Source: Deltaproteobacteria bacterium
Lineage (GTDB): Bacteria > Desulfobacterota > DSM-4660 > Desulfatiglandales > B25-G16
DNA: 55,247 bases
Reading direction: 5' to 3'
Assembly (NCBI GenBank): GCA_019310725.1
Contig: JAFDDT010000005.1
Location: forward strand, 1 to 55,247
Shown piece by piece: positions 18,845-28,005 of the stretch (the stretch's first letter is position 1; the number at the start of each line of letters is the position of its first letter). Made by a program: the position numbers and the translations under genes. Under the pieces are notes generated by a model. The model saw nothing but the letters and a program-made list of their open reading frames with translations. It made no database searches and had not been told where the DNA came from.

Positions 18845-18961
18845 CACATGAATTTACCAAGATTACTGTACGATTGAGTGTGGCTTTGGGGAAAAACCAT
18901 ATCAATCGTAAGTGAAATCCCTGAATATCTTCCAGCCTTTTTGACGGCCAAGGGCAAATAG

Positions 18962-19798
18962 ATGAGAATTAAGTTTTGGGGTACCAGGGGATCAACCCCT
19001 GTGCCAGGAAAAGAAACGATTATCTACGGAGGAAATACCACCTGCCTGGAAATAGACCTCAGGGGTGGAAAAAAGGTAGTTATAGATGCCGGCACAGGGA
19101 TCCGATCTCTCGGCAATCATTTTGAATCACGCAGAGAAGTTGTAGACATCCACCTTCTTATGACCCATATTCACTGGGATCACATTCTTGGTTTTCCATT
19201 TTTTTTCCCAATTTATAGATCCTCAACGAAAATCCTGGTTGATGGTTATAGCTTAGGCATGAAAGGCGTTCGATACAGCTTTGACAATAAGATGGGAGAT
19301 GGTTTCTTCCCAATCAGGTTTGAGGAACTCAAGTCCGACATACAATTTGACAGCAAAGTAACCCAAAGCTCCCTGGAAATCGATGGCACTCTTATAGACA
19401 GCATTCCTCTCCGTCATCCACAGGGGGGGTTGGGATTTAGATTTCGGGAAGAACATAAGACCCTTGTTTTTTTGACCGACAATGAACTTGATGTAACGGG
19501 AAACTCTTTCGGCGATTATGTTGAATTTTGCAAGGGAGCGGATATCCTTATCCATGATAGCCAGTTCACACCTGAAGAGATACCAAGGCACAGGGGCTGG
19601 GGACACTCTGATTATCAATCAGCATTAGACCTTGCTTTTGAGGCTCACGCGAAAAAACTGGTCCTCTTCCACCACGCACCGGAGAGAAAGGACAGCGATA
19701 TAGTAAAAATTGCAATGCTCTGCCAAGACTCGGTTAGCAAAAGGGATTCGAGCCTGGAGGTAGAGCCCGCCAAAGAAAATTCTGTTCTTGTGCTGTAG
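18962..19798 (+). CDS. MBL-fold metallohydrolase (RNase Z/phosphodiesterase-like)
   Basis: FWGTRGS, YGGNTTC, THIHWDHILG, GWGHS, LFHH. Confidence 0.88.
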   Translation: MRIKFWGTRGSTPVPGKETIIYGGNTTCLEIDLRGGKKVVIDAGTGIRSLGNHFESRREVVDIHLLMTHIHWDHILGFPFFFPIYRSSTKILVDGYSLGMKGVRYSFDNKMGDGFFPIRFEELKSDIQFDSKVTQSSLEIDGTLIDSIPLRHPQGGLGFRFREEHKTLVFLTDNELDVTGNSFGDYVEFCKGADILIHDSQFTPEEIPRHRGWGHSDYQSALDLAFEAHAKKLVLFHHAPERKDSDIVKIAMLCQDSVSKRDSSLEVEPAKENSVLVL

Positions 19799-19808
19799 GG
19801 AATACAGA

Positions 19809-20864
19809 TTACCGTGGAGGTTCAGACATAATATCTGACAGGCTGGACAACAACTCCATGATCCTTTCCGCCTTATCCGGTTCTAATGTCCCCAAACCGC
19901 AGGCTGGGGTGATCAATGACCTTTCCGCCACAAAACCCTTCTTGATTCCCCATTCATACAATCTATTGAGTCCTTTTTCCAACTGGATCTTGAGATCGTT
20001 CAGGGTCTCTTTTCCGCTAAAAGAGGTAGTAGGAACCGCTCCCCATGCAATTGTTCCCCCCCCCTCCAGAAATCTCACGATCTCGTCCCGGTACAGCAAG
20101 AAATAATCCATATAATCAAATGCGTCAAAATTTACTATATCAACTCCTGTTTCGATTATCATCGACCAATCCGTGTTTCCACAGCAGTGGATCCCAATCA
20201 ATGCAGGACTTCTGGAGTGCAGGTACTCTACAACCTCTCCTATAAGCTTAATGACTATTTCTCTCCGAATGGGCGTAAAGGCTGAACCGAAACCGGACAG
20301 ATATGGCTCATCCATAAACAAAATGGGCCTCTTGCCGGATATAGACATCTTCTTGATGAGCCAAAGGGCCTTGATGGCCAAGCCTTTGACTATGGTGTCC
20401 GTAATCTCGCCATTATAGAGAGCAGACCTTCCACTAGAGTCCTTCAGACTTCCTGCGAAGGTGATGGGACCTACTATCTGCCCCTTAATAAAAGACCCGT
20501 AGCTTTGCGGGCTTTCTTCAATCAGTTCCACAAGTCTGTAGAGACCAGTTGCATAGTCAACACCAATGGCAAAATAATCCATATCAGCCGCCAAAAAGTG
20601 CTCATAAAAGGCAACAAGCTCAGTCTCCGAATTTTCGACAGCGTGGACTGTAATGGCGTTTTTTTCATGATTCAGCCTGAGCAAAGGGAGCCCTTGACTT
20701 GCCTGGATAGACATATCCTCTAGAGAGCTTCGCTTCACAAACTGAGGCCAGAAAGGAATATCATGAAAAATCTCAAGGATGCGCTGGCAGGTATTATCCA
20801 CATCCAAAAAAGGTACGCTCCCGACACCAGTAGCCTTAAAATTGAAAGAGAGGCTTTTTCTCAA
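19809..20864 (-). CDS. Single-barrel (core) cobalamin-independent methionine synthase-like protein
   Basis: TGVGSVP, KGQIVGPIT, FMDEP, IHCCG and PACGLG zinc-ligand motifs. Confidence 0.7.
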   Translation of the reverse strand: MRKSLSFNFKATGVGSVPFLDVDNTCQRILEIFHDIPFWPQFVKRSSLEDMSIQASQGLPLLRLNHEKNAITVHAVENSETELVAFYEHFLAADMDYFAIGVDYATGLYRLVELIEESPQSYGSFIKGQIVGPITFAGSLKDSSGRSALYNGEITDTIVKGLAIKALWLIKKMSISGKRPILFMDEPYLSGFGSAFTPIRREIVIKLIGEVVEYLHSRSPALIGIHCCGNTDWSMIIETGVDIVNFDAFDYMDYFLLYRDEIVRFLEGGGTIAWGAVPTTSFSGKETLNDLKIQLEKGLNRLYEWGIKKGFVAERSLITPACGLGTLEPDKAERIMELLSSLSDIMSEPPR

Positions 20865-21433
20865 TTGATTCTTTGCTCCACCCTCTCGATATATTCTTTT
20901 GAGCGCGTGTCCACTTTCACTCTGTCCCCAACGTTTAAGAAGAGTGGAACCTGAATTACCCCCCCTGATTCCAAAGTGGCTGGTTTACTGCCTCCGGTCA
21001 CTGTGTTACCTTTAACCCCTGGTTCCGTTTGGGTAATCTCTAAATCAACGAAATTGGGGAGCTCTACATCTACTATGCGCTCATTGTATATCAGCACCTT
21101 GACATTGGTATTTTCTTTCAAGAATAATCTATTGTCCTTCAACTGTTCAGCTTTCAAAAAGACCTGATCGTAGGTTTCGATATCCATAAAACAGAATTCA
21201 TCTCTATCCTGGTAAAGATATTGCATTTCCTTCTCCTCGATATTAGGAGGGGTAACCTTTTCTCCAGCCCTGAATGTCTTTTCCAATACCTGGCCGGTGA
21301 TAATATTCTTCAGCTTTGTCCTGACAAATGCTCCGCCCTTTCCTGGCTTTACATGCAAGAATTCCATAATCATTAATGGCTTTCCATCAAATTCGATCTT
21401 TAGCCCAGTTCTAAAGTCTGCCGTTGTATACAT
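20861..21433 (-). CDS. efp: Elongation factor P
   Basis: HVKPGKGGAFVR, KPATLESG, VPLF. Confidence 0.97.
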   Translation of the reverse strand: MYTTADFRTGLKIEFDGKPLMIMEFLHVKPGKGGAFVRTKLKNIITGQVLEKTFRAGEKVTPPNIEEKEMQYLYQDRDEFCFMDIETYDQVFLKAEQLKDNRLFLKENTNVKVLIYNERIVDVELPNFVDLEITQTEPGVKGNTVTGGSKPATLESGGVIQVPLFLNVGDRVKVDTRSKEYIERVEQRIN

Positions 21434-21488
21434 CGAAAGTTTCTCTCCTTTGGCAAGTTATTCTCCAGTACAATGCAAAGACACAGGT

Positions 21489-22184
21489 TCAGGGTTGCTG
21501 TACAAGATTCACACGCTTCCTTGACTCTATGGCAGAAAGCCACCTTTCTAAGATGCCAATGAACTTTATTTTCTGTTCTCTCACTATGCCCTCTGTGCCT
21601 TTTCCCTGGTCTCCTGTTTCCTTTATCTCCATCAATGCTTTGAGCCTTTTCTTCGATTTCGCATCATCTGGAGAGTCTCTAAGTACCTGTTGATATGTTC
21701 TTATTGCCTCATCTAACGCTCCTTGGTTATAGTAGATCTCTGCTAAGGTAGGGGTTGGAAGAACGGGTTTTTCTTCCTGACTAAGAGAGTTCAGTTCAGA
21801 GAGCAGTTGAGACGCCTCCTTATCACTCTTATGGTGTGCCAAATAAAGCTCTAACGCCTTAATAGCCTCTCTAAGCCTATCTTCTTTTCTGAAAACTTTA
21901 GCTTGAAGTTTAAAAATGGAAGATAACTCCCCAATTTTATAAGCTAATCTGTCTAGTTCTATTTCTGCAAGGTCCAGATGGCCCTGGCTAAAATACGTTT
22001 CTGCCAAAAGCCTTCTGATATTTATATCATCTGGGAATATTTCCAGCGCCTTAAGGCATGCCTTTACGGCTATCTCCGTTCTTCCTTCTTCTATAAGTAG
22101 TTTGATAAGGAGAACACTTGCACTTGGTGTTTCTATCTTGTCTATTATTTCTTTATCGAGTAAATCTGAAGCACTCACTGCCAA
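21489..22184 (-). CDS. Tetratricopeptide repeat protein
   Basis: TPR-like helices; TPTLAEIYYNQG. Confidence 0.75.
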   Translation of the reverse strand: MAVSASDLLDKEIIDKIETPSASVLLIKLLIEEGRTEIAVKACLKALEIFPDDINIRRLLAETYFSQGHLDLAEIELDRLAYKIGELSSIFKLQAKVFRKEDRLREAIKALELYLAHHKSDKEASQLLSELNSLSQEEKPVLPTPTLAEIYYNQGALDEAIRTYQQVLRDSPDDAKSKKRLKALMEIKETGDQGKGTEGIVREQKIKFIGILERWLSAIESRKRVNLVQQP

Positions 22185-22192
22185 CTCCTGCT

Positions 22193-22534
22193 TTATTGTT
22201 GCCTCCCGTTTTTATTCTCAGATCCCTGACCGCTGCCATTCCATTCTCTTTTGAAACGGTAAATAATCTCATTGTCTTTTACCAGTCCCAGTTCCTTGCG
22301 AGCCACCGACTCCAGGTATTGACGATCCTCCCTTAGTCTCCTGATCTCAGCGGCGAGCAGTTTATTCTTTTCTTCTAGTTCCTTTATTACAGCCAGAGAT
22401 CTCTCATTTTCTTTTTGCATCTTATAAAGGTCTAGTAGCCCGTCCTGTCCAAAGATTAACCAAACAGCTAAAAGCAGTGCAACAAAAGAAAAGGCAAATA
22501 TATAGATTAAATGATTCTTTTTAAGATACCGCAA
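22193..22534 (-). CDS. ftsB: Septum formation initiator (FtsB/DivIC family)
   Basis: TM helix, FGQDG, coiled coil, LESVARKELGLVKDNE. Confidence 0.8.
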   Translation of the reverse strand: MRYLKKNHLIYIFAFSFVALLLAVWLIFGQDGLLDLYKMQKENERSLAVIKELEEKNKLLAAEIRRLREDRQYLESVARKELGLVKDNEIIYRFKREWNGSGQGSENKNGRQQ

Positions 22535-22536
22535 AT

Positions 22537-22956
22537 CTAGTACACCTTTTCAGGTTCCCACTGGGCAGCTATAATAATGGAGCTAACCCCTGCATCCTTA
22601 GCTAGATCCATTATGCTTACCACCAGTCCATGTCTGACATCCTTGTCGGCCTGAAGCAGGAGGCCAATTCTTTTTTCTTTGCTCATCTCTTTGAGCCTGA
22701 GGTGGAGATTCTTTAAGGTAACTTTTTCTCCTTGTAGGTAACAATTTCCCGTTCTATCGAGGGCCAGAACTATATTATCGGCTGATCGATCCGATCCTTT
22801 TTCCAAAATATCAGGTAACGAAATATCGATCCCTGAAATTATTTCAAAATGAGATGTTAGCATAAAGAAAATAAGAAGCAAGAATACGATGTCAATGAGA
22901 GGCGCAATGCTTATGCCAAGGCTGATTTCCTCTCGCTTCGGCTGGCTAAACCGCAT
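22537..22956 (-). CDS. exbD: ExbD/TolR family biopolymer transport protein
   Basis: IAPLIDIVFLLLIFFM, ADKDV. Confidence 0.88.
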   Translation of the reverse strand: MRFSQPKREEISLGISIAPLIDIVFLLLIFFMLTSHFEIISGIDISLPDILEKGSDRSADNIVLALDRTGNCYLQGEKVTLKNLHLRLKEMSKEKRIGLLLQADKDVRHGLVVSIMDLAKDAGVSSIIIAAQWEPEKVY

Positions 22957-23563
22957 CTTCTCCACTCCCTTCAATGGTGTCTACAAGCCGAATAGAGTTC
23001 TCTTCCATTTCAAAAACAAGGACCTGTGCCTTGTCTGTGAGAAAACGATAGGCAACCAGCGTAGGTATGGCTACTATTAGGCCTGCTGCTGTTGTGATCA
23101 GTGCCTCAGCAATACCTCCTGCAAGCGGTGCAGAACCACTAATACCATGTACAGAGATAGCGTTAAAGGTCTTTATCATGCCTGAAACAGTACCAAGCAA
23201 GCCAAGCAACGGAGAGAGATTGGCTATGGTTAGCAGGATACCAATATTTCTTTCCAATATAACACCTTCTCTCCTTCCCTTGTCTTCAATGGCCTCTTTA
23301 ACCAGCCACATCCCTCTGCCGACATTTCTTAAACCTGCCAGAAAAATTCTCGCGATGGAAGAGCTGTGTCCTTGGCAGAGAAAAATCGCTTCTTCTATCT
23401 TATCTCGTTTTACCAACTCTTCGACCTTATCAATAAAATCCTTTGGTATGATTAGTTTTCGCCTCAGCACCCAGATCCTCTCCAAGAATATGGCCAAACA
23501 GGCCACAGAACAAAAAAGGATAGGATACATAAAAGGTCCACCTTTGATAACCAATTTAATCAA
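22946..23563 (-). CDS. exbB: MotA/TolQ/ExbB proton channel protein
   Basis: PLLGLLGTVSGMIKTF, GGIAEALITTAAGL. Confidence 0.9.
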   Translation of the reverse strand: MIKLVIKGGPFMYPILFCSVACLAIFLERIWVLRRKLIIPKDFIDKVEELVKRDKIEEAIFLCQGHSSSIARIFLAGLRNVGRGMWLVKEAIEDKGRREGVILERNIGILLTIANLSPLLGLLGTVSGMIKTFNAISVHGISGSAPLAGGIAEALITTAAGLIVAIPTLVAYRFLTDKAQVLVFEMEENSIRLVDTIEGSGEDAV

Positions 23564-23736
23564 TGTTCTCCTCCAACGAAATTTGAGGACTACTCAGCCA
23601 CCGGGTAGTAGGTAAAATACCTTCTAAAAAATTCAAAGTCAAGGATACCCTCACCTACGTCTTCATAGCTCAAGATCCTAAAAGTTGTGTGAAGTTATTT
23701 ATGCTGAAGGAAAATCCCGATTCTTTCGGAACTTCA

Positions 23737-23801
23737 AAATTCGAAACTCGAAACCCTAAATCCAAAACAATACCAAAATTCAAACATTCAAAATTCGAAA
23801 C
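23737..23801. repeat. Degenerate heptamer tandem array (AAATTCG-like)
   Basis: AAATTCG AAACTCG AAACCCT AAATCCA AAACAAT ... AAATTCGAAAC. Confidence 0.6.
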
Positions 23802-23940
23802 GGCCCAAAGCTCAGTTTGTCTAGGCAAACACTTCTTCGTTTTAAGCAAAGGCGCAGGAAAGCAGAGCTTCGCTAGTAGTTGCATTGAAACTGAGCACAC
23901 AGCCCGAATTCACTTGACACATAGTATGTGCAATCCCGTT

Positions 23941-24591
23941 TTACTTGAGTGTGACTGAATAGAATTTTTCCTCTGGAAGCTCGAGGCAGGTCAAACAATT
24001 ACCATAAACAGCCCCGGTATCTATGCCTATCTTATTTTTCAGGATCAAAGGACTATAAAGAGGAGTGTGGCCAAAGATAACCACCTTGCCGAAATCATAG
24101 TCAGAGTAGATAAACTCATCTCTAATCCAGATCATATCAAAAAGATCCTGATCCTGGATCCTTACTTTGGGGCGGAAACCAGCGTGCACAACGTAGTACC
24201 TGTCAAGTTCTACCATTGGTAAAAGTGAAGAGAAAAAATCCAAATGTGAAGGCGGAATAAGAGGATCCTTTCTCCCTCGCCTAACTTCCTTGTAACCTCT
24301 TAGGGTCGAGAGACCTCCATTCAGTATGAAGCTGTTGTAATCAGCACCTGATAAGTAGTCAAGAAACATCTGTTCATGGTTACCAATAAGACACTGCATA
24401 AAGTGAGAATCTTTTTTGAGTTGTAAAATATAGTCTATAACACCTCTACTGTCTTCCCCCCGATCAATGTAGTCGCCAATAAAAATGAGTCGATCATGAA
24501 GGGGATTCCATTCTATCTTGTCAATGAGCCTCTTGAGCATATCGAGACAGCCATGAATATCTCCAATAATAAGTGTCCTTCCTTCAGGCAT
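23941..24591 (-). CDS. Serine/threonine phosphatase-like metallophosphoesterase
   Basis: GDIHG, GDYIDRG, GNHE, VHAG, FGHT, IDTG. The ORF-track extension to 24816 runs through repeats and is probably spurious. Confidence 0.88.
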   Translation of the reverse strand: MPEGRTLIIGDIHGCLDMLKRLIDKIEWNPLHDRLIFIGDYIDRGEDSRGVIDYILQLKKDSHFMQCLIGNHEQMFLDYLSGADYNSFILNGGLSTLRGYKEVRRGRKDPLIPPSHLDFFSSLLPMVELDRYYVVHAGFRPKVRIQDQDLFDMIWIRDEFIYSDYDFGKVVIFGHTPLYSPLILKNKIGIDTGAVYGNCLTCLELPEEKFYSVTLK

Positions 24592-24627
24592 AAGCCAACC
24601 CCTTAGAGAGCTCAAACAAGACAAAAA

Positions 24628-24744
24628 AGGTTCACCGTTCAGGGTTATCTTTCCTTCGCCGATCTTGCTTGAAGGCCAGCCCGCCAGACGTATGGCGGGC
24701 AAGTCTTCAGTGAACCTTGAACCTTTGAACCTTTGAACGGCTAC
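24628..24744. repeat. Palindromic element with TGAACCTT repeats and an internal hairpin
   Basis: GGTTCACCGTTCAGGGTT ... GCCCGCCA-GACGTA-TGGCGGGC ... TGAACCTTGAACCTTTGAACCTTTGAACGGCTAC. Confidence 0.6.
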
Positions 24745-24841
24745 AAAATATCTAGCCACTATATAAAAACCTTTCAATAAATAATCAAGTGAGATATTTT
24801 TTAAGCTATATTTCATTCGTTACCCGTGGAGGTGAATATCT

Positions 24842-25453
24842 ATGCCGAAAATAGTTTTAGTTGTAGCAACCCACAATCAGGGTAAAATGAGGGAATACAA
24901 TCTTCTGCTGAGGGAGTTTCCCATAGAGATCAAGGGGTTCTCTGATTTTCAGGAGATTCCTGGATTTGAAGAAAAGGGGAGTACCTTTGATGAAATTGCA
25001 ATAAATAAGGCCCAATTTGCATCGAAAATGCTGGATATTCCCGCGCTGGCAGATGACTCGGGGCTCGTGGTGGAAGCCCTGAATGGGGCACCGGGTATAT
25101 TTTCAGCACGCTATGCGGGAAACTCGGCCGATGATTACCAAAATAATCTAAAACTTCTTGAGAATATGAATGGAAAGGAAAAAAGAGATGCCACTTTTGT
25201 TTGCTCTATCGCCATAGCCAGGCCAGATGGCCAGGTTCTGACCTATACTGGAAGATGTTCAGGGAGAATCCTACGCAAGCCTGAAGGGACACACGGATTT
25301 GGATATGATCCTCTTTTTTATTATCCTCCTCTTCGCAAGGCTTTTGCACAGCTTTCGGCTGAAGAGAAAAACAGGGTAAGTCACAGGGGAAATGCCATGA
25401 GAAAATTGGCAGACGATTTTGAAAATATCCTAGCTTGGCTAGAAGACAGGTAG
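24842..25453 (+). CDS. rdgB: XTP/dITP diphosphatase
   Basis: ATHNQGK, ADDSGL, PGIFSARY, GFGYDP, SHRG. Confidence 0.95.
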   Translation: MPKIVLVVATHNQGKMREYNLLLREFPIEIKGFSDFQEIPGFEEKGSTFDEIAINKAQFASKMLDIPALADDSGLVVEALNGAPGIFSARYAGNSADDYQNNLKLLENMNGKEKRDATFVCSIAIARPDGQVLTYTGRCSGRILRKPEGTHGFGYDPLFYYPPLRKAFAQLSAEEKNRVSHRGNAMRKLADDFENILAWLEDR

Positions 25454-25556
25454 GGAGAAACTGTAACACCCATGCTTTTTGCTTCTTTTTGTGCTTGCCT
25501 CCGGAATTTTTTTCAAATAAATTAAATGGTTAATTTGAAAAAACCAAGAGACCAGG

Positions 25557-26090
25557 ATGAACCTTTCGGCACGGACTGAAGAAAAGGTAATGTTTGATCA
25601 CATAGCCTCGATGCTCAGAACCTATGAAAAAAAAAGAGAAAATCTTATGGCAATCTTGCAAGAGATACAGGGAAAATATGGGTATGTTGCCCCCCCTGCT
25701 CTGCAGATGGTTGCCAAACATCTCGGGTTGTCCAGCTGTGAAGTCTATGGGGTGGCTACCTTTTACAATCAGTTCAGGTTCAATCCACCCGGCAAGCACC
25801 AGATTAGGGTCTGCCTCGGAACAGCCTGCCATGTGAGGGGTGGTGACATAATCCTGGAGAATTTTGAACGTAAGCTTGAGATTAAAGCAGGTGAGACCAC
25901 ACCAGACAGGGAATTCAGCATTGATAGGGTAGCCTGTGTAGGGTGTTGTGCCCTGGCACCGGTGGCCATAGTCGATGACACTGTTTATGGACATATGGCC
26001 CCAAGCAAGGTAGAGGGAGTGATCTTGGGGTTTGAGATAGAAAAAGAACGAAAAGAAAGAGAAAAACAGGACAGTGAATCTCAAGAGTAA
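25557..26090 (+). CDS. NuoE/HoxE/HydC-like [2Fe-2S] subunit
   Basis: GVATFY, CLGTACH, CVGCCALAP. Confidence 0.9.
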   Translation: MNLSARTEEKVMFDHIASMLRTYEKKRENLMAILQEIQGKYGYVAPPALQMVAKHLGLSSCEVYGVATFYNQFRFNPPGKHQIRVCLGTACHVRGGDIILENFERKLEIKAGETTPDREFSIDRVACVGCCALAPVAIVDDTVYGHMAPSKVEGVILGFEIEKERKEREKQDSESQE

Positions 26091-28002
26091 AGAAACACTA
26101 ATCGATGTGTTTGCATCCATAAAGACGGAAGCAGAGAAACGCTTTGGAAAGATAAAAGGAGATAGTAATCAGAATATTTTCATAGGCATGGCTACCTGTG
26201 GCCTTGCATCAGGTGCGATAGAGGTAAAAAGAGCATTTGAAGAGGCCCTAGCAGAGCAGAAGATTAATGCCCGTGTGATTTCTGTTGGCTGTCTTGGTCA
26301 TTGCTACGCCGAACCCTTAGTTATTATTGATAAACCAGGATTTCCCCCCATCCTTTACCATAATGTAACACCGGGAAAGGCGAATTTGTTGGTTAAGGCC
26401 TTTCTACGAGGCGATGATCCAGTTTTTGAGCACGTATTGGGAGCTATGGAAGAAAATGAGCTCATACCGACAGTCATGGAATTCCCACGATTTAATCAGG
26501 AAAAAAGGGTGGTAATGGGCAAGTGCGGTTTAATTGACCCTGAGGACATCTATCAGTACATTGCACAGGGAGGATACTCAGCTCTTGCAAAAGCGCTCAC
26601 CTTGGACCCTGAACAAATAATTTTTGAGGTCCTCGAATCAGGCCTCAGAGGGAGAGGTGGTGCAGGTTTTTTAACTGGCAAAAAGTGGCAATTCGTAGAA
26701 GATGCCGAGGAAAAAGGCAAGTTTGTTATCTGTAATGCGGACGAAGGAGATCCTGGTGCTTATATGGATAGAGCTATACTTGAGAGCAACCCGCATCAGG
26801 TAATTGAAGGTATAGCCATTTGCGCCTATGCAGTTGGTGCCAAACGTGCAATCGTCTATGTCAGGGCAGAATATCCCCTCGCTGTGAAAATTGTTCAGAA
26901 GGCTATTGAACAGGCAAGAGAGCTGGGGCTATTGGGAAAAGGGATACTGGAAACACAGTTTGATCTGGATGTAACAGTATTTCAGGGTTCAGGGGCCTTT
27001 GTATGTGGAGAAGAGACAGCGTTAATACGGTCAATTCAAGGCCAAAGGGGGATGCCACAACCAAGGCCACCCTATCCTGCCCAGACAGGCTTGTGGGGGA
27101 AACCTACGGTGATAAACAATGTTAAGACCTTGGCATCTATTCCACCTATCATAGAGAAAGGGGGGAAATGGTTGAAAGGAATAGGTACAAAGAAGAGCCC
27201 GGGCACAGCGATATTCTCTGTTGTGGGAAACATAGTACATGCCGGGTTAGTAGAGATTCCCATGGGCGTTACTCTCAGGTCTCTCGTCTTTGACATCTGT
27301 GGAGGTGTTCCAAATCAAAAGAGATTCAAGGCAGTTCAAATCGGCGGCCCTTCTGGAGGGTGCCTGCCCGAGCAATTTCTTGATACCCCCATTGACTTTG
27401 ATTCTTTAACGGAAGCAGGAGCAATGATGGGTTCCGGCGGCATGGTGGTTATGGATGAGAATGCCTGTATGATAGATGTAGCTCGCTATTTTCTTGACTT
27501 TACCCAACATGAATCATGCGGCAAATGTACATTTTGTAGGATAGGCACCAAGCACCTTCTCGATACTCTCGAGAGGATAACCAAAGGAAAAGGCCGGGAT
27601 GGTGATATCGAACTCTTGGAAGATCTCAGTATAGATATAAAGGAGGGCTCCTTGTGTGGTCTTGGAAAAACTGCTCCCAATCCAGTTTTAACAACCATTG
27701 AGTATTTCAGAGATGAATACGAGGCACATATACAGGAAAAACGATGCCCTGCTATGATGTGTAGGGAATTGACAGCATACTATATTGATTTAGACAAATG
27801 TGCCAGGGGCTGCGATGCCTGCGTTGGCAGCTGCCCAACAGAATCAATCTTTACCACCAGGGATAGAAAAAAGGCTATTGACCAAACACTGTGCGTCAAG
27901 TGTGGCGAATGTATGACGGCGTGTCCATCCGAGTATGATGCTGTAAGAAAGGTGTCTCCACCTGAACTAGCACCTAAAATTGCGCGTCCAGAGGAAGGGT
28001 AG
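26074..28002 (+). CDS. NuoF/HoxF/HydB-like NADH-binding flavoprotein with extra Fe-S domains
   Basis: N-terminal thioredoxin-like Fe-S domain, SGLRGRGGAGF, CNADEGDPGAYMDR, GAFVCGEETAL, ESCGKCTFCR, C-terminal 2x[4Fe-4S]. Confidence 0.92.
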   Translation: MNLKSKETLIDVFASIKTEAEKRFGKIKGDSNQNIFIGMATCGLASGAIEVKRAFEEALAEQKINARVISVGCLGHCYAEPLVIIDKPGFPPILYHNVTPGKANLLVKAFLRGDDPVFEHVLGAMEENELIPTVMEFPRFNQEKRVVMGKCGLIDPEDIYQYIAQGGYSALAKALTLDPEQIIFEVLESGLRGRGGAGFLTGKKWQFVEDAEEKGKFVICNADEGDPGAYMDRAILESNPHQVIEGIAICAYAVGAKRAIVYVRAEYPLAVKIVQKAIEQARELGLLGKGILETQFDLDVTVFQGSGAFVCGEETALIRSIQGQRGMPQPRPPYPAQTGLWGKPTVINNVKTLASIPPIIEKGGKWLKGIGTKKSPGTAIFSVVGNIVHAGLVEIPMGVTLRSLVFDICGGVPNQKRFKAVQIGGPSGGCLPEQFLDTPIDFDSLTEAGAMMGSGGMVVMDENACMIDVARYFLDFTQHESCGKCTFCRIGTKHLLDTLERITKGKGRDGDIELLEDLSIDIKEGSLCGLGKTAPNPVLTTIEYFRDEYEAHIQEKRCPAMMCRELTAYYIDLDKCARGCDACVGSCPTESIFTTRDRKKAIDQTLCVKCGECMTACPSEYDAVRKVSPPELAPKIARPEEG

Positions 28003-28005
28003 CCA

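Noticed and set aside
23822-23870. c-di-GMP-I riboswitch (GGCAAAC...GGCGCA)
   Set aside because: No GNRA-capped P2 stem or GCAAAG junction, and the orientation is wrong for exbB.
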